From a virus: a stretch of DNA of 20,975 nucleotides. The stretch lies in UHGV virus genome UHGV-0216266; one strand, given 5' to 3'. The position numbers were made by a program, and so were the translations under genes. Under the pieces are notes generated by a model, which saw nothing but the letters and a program-made list of their open reading frames with translations, made no database searches and was not told the origin of the DNA. Shown piece after piece: positions 1-7,931 of the stretch (position 1 is the stretch's first letter; every line of letters begins with the position of its first letter).

Positions 1-22
1 CCTTTATAAAATTTATTCATTC

Positions 23-1540
23 TTAATACCCCAACGCGATAAAACAACAATCTTCGGTGCCCTCTCCGGATGGCGACCAGTTCTGAATACTGATATGCGT
101 TCTGCTGGCAATACGCACATTCATCGCGGCATTGTAGCCAGATGTTCCACGGTTTCCGGTCGCAAATAAGCCTGCATAGGGAAAAGCAAATGGTAAGGCA
201 TATCCAGTATCAGCTCCCTTTTGTGTTGCCACCGTTCCCCACTGCAACATAAGTTTCACCGGGTTTCCTGTCGTCGCAATGCATGGAATGTAGATGTAGC
301 CATTACCTGACATCATTGACCTGAAACTGTCTAAATCCAGTAACTTCGAGGCATTATCCCCTCCAACATCTCGTGTTGCAGCGGCCCCTAACCGGAGCGC
401 ATTTCGGAAGGCTGATATATCAGAAATATCAGAACCATTAGCTGATTTCTGCATAGCTCCGGAGGCTTTATTTATCGTTTCCCCCAGACCAAGGTATGCG
501 AGAAGACCAGCTACATCCTTTCCACTCAAATTAGTCAGCGTATTGTCCAGCGGTTGTTTACCTGCCAGTGCATTAAGCATTGTCGTGGCAAAGTTCGGGT
601 CATTCCCCAGTGCCGCCGCCAGTTCGTTCAGTGTATCCAGTGCCGCAGGTGCAGAACCCACCATTCCTGCAATCGCCGATTTCACAAAAGCCGTAGTGGC
701 AATCTGTGTATTATTGACCGACTGCGCCGCCGTGGGGGCTGTTGGCGTTCCGGTGAGTGCCGGACTCGACAGCGGAGCTTTCAGTGCCAGCGCATTGTTA
801 ATGGTGGTACTGAATTTCGGATCATTGTTAATGGCTACGGCTATTTCTTTCAGCGTGTCCAGCGTGGCTGGCGCATCATTAATAATAGCCGTCAGTGCAG
901 CCTGAACAAACGCTGTGGTCGCAACCTGCGTGGTGTTATTCCCCGCCGCTGGCGTTGGCGCTTTGGGTGTCCCGGTAAACGTAGGACTTTCTTTCTGTGC
1001 ATACTGTGAATGCGGGTCCGGTGCGGCAAGATGTTTTGCCATCTGATCATCCGCGTACACCTTCAGCTCCAGTACCTTATCATCCACATACTTGCGGGTT
1101 GCCAGCACTACGGCAGGGTCGATTTTCAGGGTGATATTGTCCGTGCTGCTGGTAATCAGTACCATGCGCACGGTCTGGGTACGCCCGCTGCCTTCAGCCA
1201 GTTGCGGCTTATAGCTTTCCGGGCAGTTTCCCACGGCAATCAATGCCCCGGACTCATCAAACAGGCCCACTTCACGTATCCACCAACCGCCCTCGTTTTC
1301 AGGGATCACCTGTTCAGCAATAATCTGGCTACTGTTCTGCGGGTCGATATAAAGCATATTCAGCGCAGCCCGGCGTTTCTCATTTACCAGTGCCGTCTGC
1401 TTTGCGTCCGGCGTTGGCAATACTCCGCCGCCATCGCCCACCGCCATATGGGTAATTTTTAGCGGCACACCGAGCGCGGCGGCGCTGGCAAGTTTCGCCG
1501 CGCCAATATCCGTCAGCAGGGTATAAAATTTTGTGCTCAT
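23..1540 (-). CDS. H: Tail fiber protein (P2 gpH-like)
   Basis: 505-aa ORF. N-terminus MSTKFYTLLTDIGAAKLA...HMAVGDGGG resembles the conserved P2 gpH N-terminal domain (recollection). Two tandem ~73-aa fibre repeats at aa ~185-331 (SP.FTGTP.APT..NNT.ATTAFV...LDTL.E.A.A..NDP.F.TT..NALA.K.PL). ATG at 1538-1540 overlaps the I stop (ATGA). Sits downstream of baseplate genes J and I. Confidence 0.8.
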   Translation of the reverse strand: MSTKFYTLLTDIGAAKLASAAALGVPLKITHMAVGDGGGVLPTPDAKQTALVNEKRRAALNMLYIDPQNSSQIIAEQVIPENEGGWWIREVGLFDESGALIAVGNCPESYKPQLAEGSGRTQTVRMVLITSSTDNITLKIDPAVVLATRKYVDDKVLELKVYADDQMAKHLAAPDPHSQYAQKESPTFTGTPKAPTPAAGNNTTQVATTAFVQAALTAIINDAPATLDTLKEIAVAINNDPKFSTTINNALALKAPLSSPALTGTPTAPTAAQSVNNTQIATTAFVKSAIAGMVGSAPAALDTLNELAAALGNDPNFATTMLNALAGKQPLDNTLTNLSGKDVAGLLAYLGLGETINKASGAMQKSANGSDISDISAFRNALRLGAAATRDVGGDNASKLLDLDSFRSMMSGNGYIYIPCIATTGNPVKLMLQWGTVATQKGADTGYALPFAFPYAGLFATGNRGTSGYNAAMNVRIASRTHISIQNWSPSGEGTEDCCFIALGY

Positions 1541-2142
1541 GGATTCACTCTCATTGTGTCAATAACATGGACCGCCCCGCCTTCATGCGCGGTGCCACCG
1601 GAAATAATCGTTTCGTTGATATACGGATAGATCGTGATTTCTTCGCCAAGATAGCTGGCGGCTCCCACCCAATGCGGGCCGCTGGTCTGCAGATTGATGG
1701 ACATGCCGATCATGTGGCGGCTACATGGTTTGGCATCGCTTATCAGTCGCTCAAGTTCCAGATAGGTATCTTCAGTGATGCCCTGGTCCTGCACGCCGAT
1801 ATCCAGGCGAAACGTGCCCGGTGCCTCTCCGGTTTGCCACCACTCAATAATGCGGATCAGAAAGCCGAACGGCTCCACCACCCGCCGCACGGCACTGGTG
1901 GTCCCTTTATGCTGATGAATATAAAAAGCATCCTTCACCACCTGGCGCTTGACGCTTTCTGTCCAGCCCTCGTCCCAGCGATCCACAGAGAACGCCCAGG
2001 CGAGATAAGGCAGGAAACTGACCGGACAGGTTGCCGGATTCCACAAGTCACGAAGCGGCACCTGCAGATCAGAAATTCCGCTGCAGGTTTGCGCCAGTCG
2101 GCGCTCCAGTGGTGTTGAACCCGGTGGCAGCAGACTATTCAT
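1537..2142 (-). CDS. I: Baseplate assembly protein (P2 gpI-like)
   Basis: 201-aa ORF, ATG at 2140-2142, between J and H as in P2. Protein MNSLLPPGSTPLERRLAQ... is consistent with the gpI family from memory. Confidence 0.75.
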   Translation of the reverse strand: MNSLLPPGSTPLERRLAQTCSGISDLQVPLRDLWNPATCPVSFLPYLAWAFSVDRWDEGWTESVKRQVVKDAFYIHQHKGTTSAVRRVVEPFGFLIRIIEWWQTGEAPGTFRLDIGVQDQGITEDTYLELERLISDAKPCSRHMIGMSINLQTSGPHWVGAASYLGEEITIYPYINETIISGGTAHEGGAVHVIDTMRVNP

Positions 2143-3043
2143 CCGTTCCTCCGTTGGTTACGCTCCACTGCGTACATGATGCCGCCTGTGTTTTGTTCAG
2201 GACCACATCCGCCAGAGGAGAAGCCAGCTCCACACGCTGCACACCCTCAACATGCAGGGCGGCAAAGATGGCGCTACGGCGAATATCCCGACCAAGACGC
2301 GTCTGACTGGCGATGTACTTCTGCAGGCTGGCTTTTGCCGCTGCCATTACCGGCTCTGCTTCCGGTCCCGGATAGAGAAAAATGGTGGCTTCCACGCGAT
2401 ACGGGATGATTTCTGCGCTGCGAACCGTAAGACGGTCAGCCACCGGGCGGACGTTCTCACTGTTCAGAGCTTTTTCCACCACGTCCAGCAGGTCTTTTTC
2501 TGCAGTTCCATCGCCTTCGCGGCTAAGGACAGTCAGCACCACCTCTGCAGGTGCCGGGCTGGTTGCACTGGCATCCGCCACCCGACCGTCGGCGCTTCGG
2601 GCATGAAATTCATAAGCTGCAGTTGGCCCCGCAACTGAAAGCCCTTCAAAGGCTGCAGGCACACGCAGGCGTAACGCTTCATCGCTTTCCATCACAGCTG
2701 CAACGGGCGGCACAGCGTCATTATCAGCAGGCGTCACCGTCAGGCGTTTCACGTTGTAGTTGGCAGCGAGCTGGTCAAGATCGCTGCCCATCGCGTAAGC
2801 CACCATCACAGCCTGCGCGGCTTCGTTAATGCGCTGGCGCAGAAGCAACTCACGGTAAGCGTTCTCCTGCAGCAATTTGGTGACGGGTTCAGATTCCAGT
2901 TCCAGCGTGCGGATCACTGCTTCCTGCTCATCTTTCGGATGAAGCGCAACAAATTCGGCCTTGCGTTCGGCAAGCAGCGTCTCAAAGTCCGGCACATCCA
3001 CAATCTGCGGCGCAGGCAACTGCGAAAGGTCAATCACTGCCAT
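2135..3043 (-). CDS. J: Baseplate assembly protein (P2 gpJ-like)
   Basis: The track ORF extends to 3082, but the internal ATG at 3041-3043 (MAVIDLSQLPAP...) gives 302 aa, the size I recall for P2 gpJ, and overlaps the W stop at 3030-3032 by only 14 nt. Synteny W-J-I. Confidence 0.8.
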   Translation of the reverse strand: MAVIDLSQLPAPQIVDVPDFETLLAERKAEFVALHPKDEQEAVIRTLELESEPVTKLLQENAYRELLLRQRINEAAQAVMVAYAMGSDLDQLAANYNVKRLTVTPADNDAVPPVAAVMESDEALRLRVPAAFEGLSVAGPTAAYEFHARSADGRVADASATSPAPAEVVLTVLSREGDGTAEKDLLDVVEKALNSENVRPVADRLTVRSAEIIPYRVEATIFLYPGPEAEPVMAAAKASLQKYIASQTRLGRDIRRSAIFAALHVEGVQRVELASPLADVVLNKTQAASCTQWSVTNGGTDE

Positions 3044-3389
3044 TCTCTGCTCCTGTTGATACGGAAAGGGAAACAGGCACACCGTTATTACGCCGCCCGC
3101 TCAGCACCACCACCATTGAACCGTCAAAATTGCTGTTGATGGTGATGGAATCCAGCGTCATCCGTGGCTCCCAGCGACTCAGCGCCACATACACTGCCGA
3201 CATGACCTGCAGGCGTAATGCCGGATTTTGTGGCTGGTCTATCAGTGCCGACAGCAGGGAACCATATTCACGGCGAGCAATGCGGCTACCCTGCGGCGTC
3301 AGCAGAATGTCCCGCACCGACTGGCGCAGATGGTCAATATCAGTAATGACTTTGCCGCTGGTATTGTTCATCCCGCTATAAAGCGTCAT
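3030..3389 (-). CDS. W: Baseplate wedge protein (P2 gpW / GPW-gp25 family)
   Basis: 119-aa ORF. ATG at 3387-3389 overlaps the V stop (ATGA). Size and position match P2 W. Confidence 0.75.
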   Translation of the reverse strand: MTLYSGMNNTSGKVITDIDHLRQSVRDILLTPQGSRIARREYGSLLSALIDQPQNPALRLQVMSAVYVALSRWEPRMTLDSITINSNFDGSMVVVLSGRRNNGVPVSLSVSTGAENGSD

Positions 3390-3964
3390 ACCGGGCCTCC
3401 GGTTGTATCTCCGCCTTTCAGGACGCCAGTATGCTGATGCGCATCAACCACGATCCCGTTAGAACTCATCGCTCCGCCGCCCTGAGTAACGCCACCATTG
3501 ATCACCACTTCGCTGTTAATGCGCGTGCGGTCAGCCTCCAGTACAAACTCACTGGTTTTCATGGTGATGTTGTCAGCGGCCTCAATGACCATTGATTTGA
3601 TGCCCCTGACATACCAGCGCCCGGTGGCGGGTTCATATTCAAACCAGCTACCGTCAGGATGTTCTGTCACGCAGGCGTCCGCCGACGTCGACGGTGGTGC
3701 GAACTGATTCGAATAGACAGCGGGCAGCGCAAAGGCAGTCTCCAGATTGCCGCCCAGACTCAGCAGCACCACCTGCTCACCTTCTGATGGTTTCCACCAT
3801 GTGCGGGCATTACCCGCGCGCAGCGTCAGCCAGTTAATCCAGTTAGTTTCAAGGTCGCCCGTTTTCACCCGGCAAAGCCAGTTTGTCCTGTCCACTTCGG
3901 TGACTACCCCAGTGCGGATCAGGTTGGTGATAAGGCGCATGATTTCGGTTAATTGTGCGTTCAT
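3386..3964 (-). CDS. V: Baseplate spike/hub protein (P2 gpV-like)
   Basis: 192-aa ORF, ATG at 3962-3964. First gene after a non-coding gap that follows S, as for the P2 V operon. Protein is Gly/Thr-rich at the C-terminus, typical of spike proteins. Confidence 0.75.
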   Translation of the reverse strand: MNAQLTEIMRLITNLIRTGVVTEVDRTNWLCRVKTGDLETNWINWLTLRAGNARTWWKPSEGEQVVLLSLGGNLETAFALPAVYSNQFAPPSTSADACVTEHPDGSWFEYEPATGRWYVRGIKSMVIEAADNITMKTSEFVLEADRTRINSEVVINGGVTQGGGAMSSNGIVVDAHQHTGVLKGGDTTGGPV

Positions 3965-4009
3965 AGGGAAAGGTTGCCATCAGGGGAAGAAAGGCGGCAG
4001 TGCTGCAAC

Positions 4010-4029
4010 TTGTATCAGTGCTGATACAA
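4010..4029 (-). promoter_or_regulatory. Perfect 9+2+9 palindrome TTGTATCAG-TG-CTGATACAA containing TGT-N12-ACA; candidate late-activator (Ogr/B-type) site for the V operon
   Basis: Read directly at 4010-4029. TGT is 4011-4013 and ACA is 4026-4028. It lies in the 68-nt gap between the S stop (4033) and the V start (3964). P2-family late promoters carry a TGT-N12-ACA dyad (established knowledge). The centre is ~55 nt from the V ATG, which is closer than I would expect if the dyad is centred at -55 from the transcription start. Confidence 0.4.
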
Positions 4030-4032
4030 AAA

Positions 4033-4479
4033 TCACCCCGCCAGCCATTGCAGAATCATGTCGCGGGTCATTGCCTCAACATCATCATTTACACCCAGAA
4101 GGCGACGCTCTGCGTAACGGACCTCCGGTCCTTTGCGGCTGACGCGATCACGTAAGCCGTAGTGATGAACACGGGCAATGCGCTGTACCTTGCCTTCAAA
4201 CTGCACGCTGGCAGAGTCGGCGCTGGCGGCAGTTTTCAGGTATTTTGTGGTGCGCAGCTTTGTAAACATCTGACGTTTGATGCGCCCCTTTTTGCTGCGT
4301 GCTGTTACCCTGCGCGGCTCATAACTGCTGCCATCAGGATTGCGCTGCATCCTGATGTTCTGCTGCTGTGTCCGGCGCAGTTCCTGCGCCAGCTGGCGCA
4401 TCATGCGGCTTCTTGCGGCTGGCTCCAGATTCGCCAATAATGCACTCAGCCAGTTGTCCACCTTCTGCAGTTCATCCAC
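4033..4479 (-). CDS. S: Tail completion protein (P2 gpS-like)
   Basis: 148-aa ORF. GTG start at 4477-4479 overlaps the R stop at 4472-4474. Synteny R-S-V. Confidence 0.7.
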   Translation of the reverse strand: MDELQKVDNWLSALLANLEPAARSRMMRQLAQELRRTQQQNIRMQRNPDGSSYEPRRVTARSKKGRIKRQMFTKLRTTKYLKTAASADSASVQFEGKVQRIARVHHYGLRDRVSRKGPEVRYAERRLLGVNDDVEAMTRDMILQWLAG

Positions 4480-4924
4480 GTTTCACCGTCCACATTTCTT
4501 CAGGTTCATCAGGTTCCGCTACCGCTTCAACGTTCGACACACTGCCGTCAGTGCTGACCAGCACACGCTCCGTCAGTTGCAGGTTAAGGCTGATATCACA
4601 GACATCGTTGCGCAGAATATCCACCTCAAAGGTGAATAGCTTTTCCCGTAACGCCGGGTTATTGATGGCATCGGGCTGGTTATCCCGCAGCCACAGCAAA
4701 ACCGGGGCCATCAGCAGATTCTGGTCGCCGCTGAAATCCTCTATCACCACGTTCAGGGTATAGCGGTACTCCCATGACATGGAGCTGGCCCCCGTGGCAA
4801 CCAGCGAACCGTTATCCACAAACAGATGCAGTTTGTCCGGGTTATTGCGGACATAAGGCACTGCTTTATTGAGGGCGTGGCGCAGGGATTGTGGTTTGTT
4901 CACTGTTTCGCTCCTGACACGCAA
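4472..4924 (-). CDS. R: Tail completion protein (P2 gpR-like)
   Basis: 150-aa ORF. The track start codon is TTG (4922-4924) and there is no nearby in-frame ATG, so the start is uncertain. Follows the lysis cassette as in P2. Confidence 0.65.
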   Translation of the reverse strand: MRVRSETVNKPQSLRHALNKAVPYVRNNPDKLHLFVDNGSLVATGASSMSWEYRYTLNVVIEDFSGDQNLLMAPVLLWLRDNQPDAINNPALREKLFTFEVDILRNDVCDISLNLQLTERVLVSTDGSVSNVEAVAEPDEPEEMWTVKRG

Positions 4925-5156
4925 TAATCATGTCCACTTTGTCTGCACAGACCGCCCAGGCGGCCTCCGTTTCATCCAGCAATGCGTTCAGACCACCGTT
5001 AGTGCGTGGCGCTGCCTGCTCCAGCCGACACGGCGTCACTCGCGGACAACCACTGACGGTAACCTGCACCTCCGGTGAGTGCCGGACGTTCCCGCAGCCG
5101 GATAATGTCAGCAGGCAAAGGAGTATCAGCCCAGCGGCGTAAATCCTCGTTCTCAC
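4866..5156 (-). CDS. lysC: Outer-membrane lipoprotein spanin (o-spanin, LysC/Rz1-like)
   Basis: 96-aa ORF starting (GTG, 5154-5156) inside lysB in another frame and running 59 nt into R. N-terminus MRTRIYAAGLILLCLLTLSGC has a signal peptide plus lipobox (LSGC). Pro-rich C-terminus. Confidence 0.6.
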   Translation of the reverse strand: MRTRIYAAGLILLCLLTLSGCGNVRHSPEVQVTVSGCPRVTPCRLEQAAPRTNGGLNALLDETEAAWAVCADKVDMIIACQERNSEQTTIPAPRPQ

Positions 5157-5427
5157 GTTTCAGTTCCTCGATCCGGCGTTGTCGTTGTCTCAGCTGTGCG
5201 CTGGTCTGTTCTGCTTCGGCATAGAGCCGCGCCTGCTCCCGGTTATTGGTTTCAGTCAGAATGGACAGGCTGATAAGCTGGCTGTTGCTCTTTGCCAGTG
5301 CATGGCTTTTGCTCTGCAGCTCGTCTGCCTGCGTGCTGATGGTCTGGCTGGCATCAGCCAGCCGCCACGTCTGCCAGCCCAGCGCCGCCAGTAATAACGC
5401 CAGCACAACCAGCAGCAACCGGTTCAT
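4999..5427 (-). CDS. lysB: Inner-membrane spanin (i-spanin, LysB/Rz-like)
   Basis: 142-aa ORF, ATG at 5425-5427 overlapping the lysA stop (ATGA). N-terminal TM segment LLLVVLALLLAALGW followed by a charged, coiled-coil-like region (LRQRQRRIEELKRENEDLRR). Confidence 0.7.
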   Translation of the reverse strand: MNRLLLVVLALLLAALGWQTWRLADASQTISTQADELQSKSHALAKSNSQLISLSILTETNNREQARLYAEAEQTSAQLRQRQRRIEELKRENEDLRRWADTPLPADIIRLRERPALTGGAGYRQWLSASDAVSAGAGSATH

Positions 5428-5801
5428 GCTGCTACCTGTTGCGCCATCTGATTACGGGTGATCCAGAAGGCAATAACGGTCAGTAGATAAAAGACCAGGG
5501 TAATAGCCCACCCCGTCCAGGCGAGACTTACAACAATCAGCAATCGCATCACCCAACTGGTAAATACGTTTTCTTTTCGGGTAATTGTCTTCAGCAAAGA
5601 TGCCCTTAACTCCTGCCAGAGCGGACCATTCTTAATTAACGCAGCCAGTGCTACCGGAATTACCGCCCATGTCAGCAAACAGGCTACCCAAACGCCGGAC
5701 TCTGCCAGTACCGGAAAAATCCCCTGCGGATACACCATTGCTGCGATTAACAGCGCCATCCATAACATCAGAAACAGTCCGCTGATTAATTTCTTTTTCA
5801 T
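5424..5801 (-). CDS. lysA: LysA-like membrane protein (lysis accessory, possible antiholin)
   Basis: I prefer the ATG at 5799-5801 (MKKKLISGLFLMLWMALLIAAM..., 125 aa). It has a GGGAG Shine-Dalgarno and abuts the K stop at 5803-5805, whereas the track start at 5873 would overlap K by 70 nt. Multiple hydrophobic helices. Confidence 0.6.
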   Translation of the reverse strand: MKKKLISGLFLMLWMALLIAAMVYPQGIFPVLAESGVWVACLLTWAVIPVALAALIKNGPLWQELRASLLKTITRKENVFTSWVMRLLIVVSLAWTGWAITLVFYLLTVIAFWITRNQMAQQVAA

Positions 5802-5802
5802 T

Positions 5803-6315
5803 TCAGTTTGCTCCCTGTAAGCACCAGGCCATCTCCCGCGCACGGCGGTTATCCAGCCCCTGATTAAAAACACCTTTCACATAAACCCAGCGCGGCAACT
5901 GTCGGCACGCATCTGCCCAGCGCCGCTGATTGAGTAATTTCACCAGCGTGGAACTGCAGGCATTGCCCGTTCCCACGTTGAAGGCAAACGACACCGCAGC
6001 GTCATACACCTTCTGCGGCGGCTGTTGCTTCACACACCTTTCCAGCGCCCGCTCCACACGCAGCACGTTGGAGATCAGCCCTTCTGCTGCCTGTCGCTCC
6101 GTAATGGTTTTGCCGGGAATGACGCCTGACGTATTACCAATGCCGTCGGTCCAGACACCCGCGCTGCACTGATACGGCTGCAGACGACAACCTTCGTAAT
6201 CGGCAATCAGTTTCAGCCCCTCCACGGAGGTGTGAAGCTGCTGAAAACCCGGCAGCGTGGCAGCAATAGCCAGCACGGCCCCGACAAGGCAGCGTTTAAC
6301 GATTGATGGATTCAT
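5803..6315 (-). CDS. K: SAR endolysin (T4/P1 Lyz-type lysozyme, GH24-like)
   Basis: 170-aa ORF. N-terminal weakly hydrophobic Gly/Ala-rich segment containing Cys9 (KRCLVGAVLAIAATLPGF). Catalytic region YEGCRLQPYQCSAGVWTDGIGNT gives E41, C43, C50, T56, matching the E-x-C-x6-C-x5-T spacing I recall for P1 Lyz. Confidence 0.75.
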   Translation of the reverse strand: MNPSIVKRCLVGAVLAIAATLPGFQQLHTSVEGLKLIADYEGCRLQPYQCSAGVWTDGIGNTSGVIPGKTITERQAAEGLISNVLRVERALERCVKQQPPQKVYDAAVSFAFNVGTGNACSSTLVKLLNQRRWADACRQLPRWVYVKGVFNQGLDNRRAREMAWCLQGAN

Positions 6316-6511
6316 AGTCCTCCCGCGAGATCTGCCCGTCGCGCAGAAGCTGGTAGGCTTTGTGTTTGTAGTACCAGTTGATAGCCAGCATCAGCACACC
6401 AATCATCAGGCCGCCCAGCGTTGAGGCATCCTTGATGGACAAATCGCCCAGCCAGGCCAGCACGACGGCGATGCAATACGTGATAAAGGCGCTGATTCGC
6501 TCAAGCGTCAT
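6296..6511 (-). CDS. Y: Holin, probable pinholin (P2 gpY position)
   Basis: 71-aa ORF with two hydrophobic helices (ISAFITYCIAVVLAWLG, LGGLMIGVLMLAINWYY) and a charged C-terminus, immediately upstream of the endolysin. ATG at 6509-6511. Confidence 0.65.
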   Translation of the reverse strand: MTLERISAFITYCIAVVLAWLGDLSIKDASTLGGLMIGVLMLAINWYYKHKAYQLLRDGQISREDYESINR

Positions 6512-6514
6512 AAT

Positions 6515-6718
6515 TCAGTCCCATAGCTGGACGGTCTGCACGGTGGTGGTGGTCGGAATGTCCGGCAGCTCCACCTGCAGCCCGTGAGGTAAAAAGGGGC
6601 CGTATTCGGCAAGCCCCGGATTTGCCTTCAGTACCTGCTCCGTGACACCCTGCGTGCGCCCGTAATGACGCCAGCAAAGCGCGTCCACCGTGTCATACTG
6701 ATGCGCACGCACTTTCAT
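6515..6718 (-). CDS. X: Tail protein X (P2 gpX-like, LysM-like)
   Basis: 67-aa ORF, the same length as P2 X. ATG at 6716-6718 overlaps the L stop (TGATG). Between L and Y as in P2. Confidence 0.7.
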   Translation of the reverse strand: MKVRAHQYDTVDALCWRHYGRTQGVTEQVLKANPGLAEYGPFLPHGLQVELPDIPTTTTVQTVQLWD

Positions 6719-7182
6719 CAGATAAGCTCCACTGTGCAGTGCGGCGCATCCTGCACCCGGCTGATGGCCCAGCGGGCGTCACACCACAAATCACCGCTGG
6801 CTTCTGCCAGTTCTTCGCCCCGCTTCACACCGGATGCCGTGGCGTCATAGTCCTGGTAACGTTCGTTGAGCATGGCGCGTGCCCAGCAGTAAACCGCGTT
6901 GAAATAGTGCTGAATGCGCTCGCTTTTGCCGTCCAGTTGTTCCGCTGGGACTTCTGCCAGCGAGGCATACCCCAGCATCTGCTGGCGTCTGCGAAACTCA
7001 TACAGCTCTGCGTTGACCTCCGAAATTGCCGACAGCGCAACCTGCTTTAAACGCGGCTGCGTCACCGTGCCATCAGTGCGCATCACGCTGCGAAACTCCG
7101 ACAGGTCCACATCAGGCCAGAACGGCGTATTTCTGATGATTTCCGCCTGTTCCGGTGCCTGTTCTGGCGCAACAAACTTCAT
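6718..7182 (-). CDS. L: Head completion/stabilisation protein (P2 gpL-like)
   Basis: ATG at 7180-7182 (MKFVAPEQ...) is preceded by an AGGAGA Shine-Dalgarno. The track's GTG start at 7245 lacks one. Position between M and X. Confidence 0.7.
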   Translation of the reverse strand: MKFVAPEQAPEQAEIIRNTPFWPDVDLSEFRSVMRTDGTVTQPRLKQVALSAISEVNAELYEFRRRQQMLGYASLAEVPAEQLDGKSERIQHYFNAVYCWARAMLNERYQDYDATASGVKRGEELAEASGDLWCDARWAISRVQDAPHCTVELI

Positions 7183-7277
7183 GCTGCTTTCTCCTGAAAT
7201 AAAGGGCGGTGGACGGGGTTTTGATGTGGCAGTGCCTTTCGCCACCCCGTGCCGCCCGTGCGCGGGGGCACGTTCTG

Positions 7278-7928
7278 TCAGCGGCTGTCATTGCGCAGTC
7301 TGCGCTCCAGCTGCTGTTTGTCTTTTTTCACGCCACAGCGGGGATCGAGCTGTAACGCATGGTTGAGATGATTAAGGGCGGAAGCCGGATTGCTTTCACT
7401 CAGAACAGCGCCAATCGCTTTATGCAGACGCGCCCGTGACTGGTCCGGCATATCCAGACCGTCTGTCAGCTCCAGCGTCTGCAGCAACAGATCGGCATCA
7501 AAGCCGGTGGCGGCAAGCATTGCGCTCTGCGCTGCATCTGCCATTTCCTCTGCCAGTACGGTCTGCACATTGCGGTTACCCAGCGGCATCACCCAGCCAT
7601 GACGCAGGGCATGACGCCCGATCTCCAGCGCCCCGGCATAATCTCCGGCATCAATGCGCCACAGCATCACGTACATCAGCACGTCATCCTGTTGAGCGCC
7701 TCCGGCAGCCAGGACGCCCTCCGCCCAGGCGGCATATTTCGGCAGCAGCTCCACCTTTATTTCCGCTTTTTTGACCGTGGACTGAACGCCCTTGAGACGG
7801 CGGCGGTCTTCCGCCAGTTGCAGCAGCATCAGGTCATAGCCAGATGCGTGGCGAACGCTGCCGCCCTCGCGGGCGGCCTGTTCAGCCTGAACGCGCAGGC
7901 GATGCTGCCGTGCGGGACTCAGGCTCAT
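7278..7928 (-). CDS. M: Terminase small/endonuclease subunit (P2 gpM-like)
   Basis: 216-aa ORF, ATG at 7926-7928, directly after the N stop (7932-7934). Synteny O-N-M-L. Confidence 0.7.
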   Translation of the reverse strand: MSLSPARQHRLRVQAEQAAREGGSVRHASGYDLMLLQLAEDRRRLKGVQSTVKKAEIKVELLPKYAAWAEGVLAAGGAQQDDVLMYVMLWRIDAGDYAGALEIGRHALRHGWVMPLGNRNVQTVLAEEMADAAQSAMLAATGFDADLLLQTLELTDGLDMPDQSRARLHKAIGAVLSESNPASALNHLNHALQLDPRCGVKKDKQQLERRLRNDSR

Positions 7929-7931
7929 AGG

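Noticed and set aside
543-2118. Plus-strand ORFs of 120-195 aa (543-905, 554-1009, 1010-1462, 1531-2118) opposite the H and I genes
   Set aside because: They lie antisense to well-supported structural genes in GC-rich, repeat-containing DNA, have no ribosome-binding sites, and have Arg/Cys/Ser-rich low-complexity translations typical of shadow ORFs.
4010-4029. Palindrome between S and V read as a rho-independent terminator
   Set aside because: There is no U-tract on either side and the loop is only 2 nt. A protein-binding dyad (late activator site) is the better explanation.
5802-5873. N-terminal extension of the lysA ORF (track start 5873)
   Set aside because: It would overlap the endolysin gene by 70 nt and lacks a ribosome-binding site. 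The ATG at 5801 has a GGGAG Shine-Dalgarno and abuts the K stop.
7183-7245. GTG start at 7245 for gene L (175 aa)
   Set aside because: No Shine-Dalgarno is found upstream of it, whereas the ATG at 7182 has AGGAGA. Kept as an alternative because the longer form is closer to the ~169-aa P2 L length I recall.
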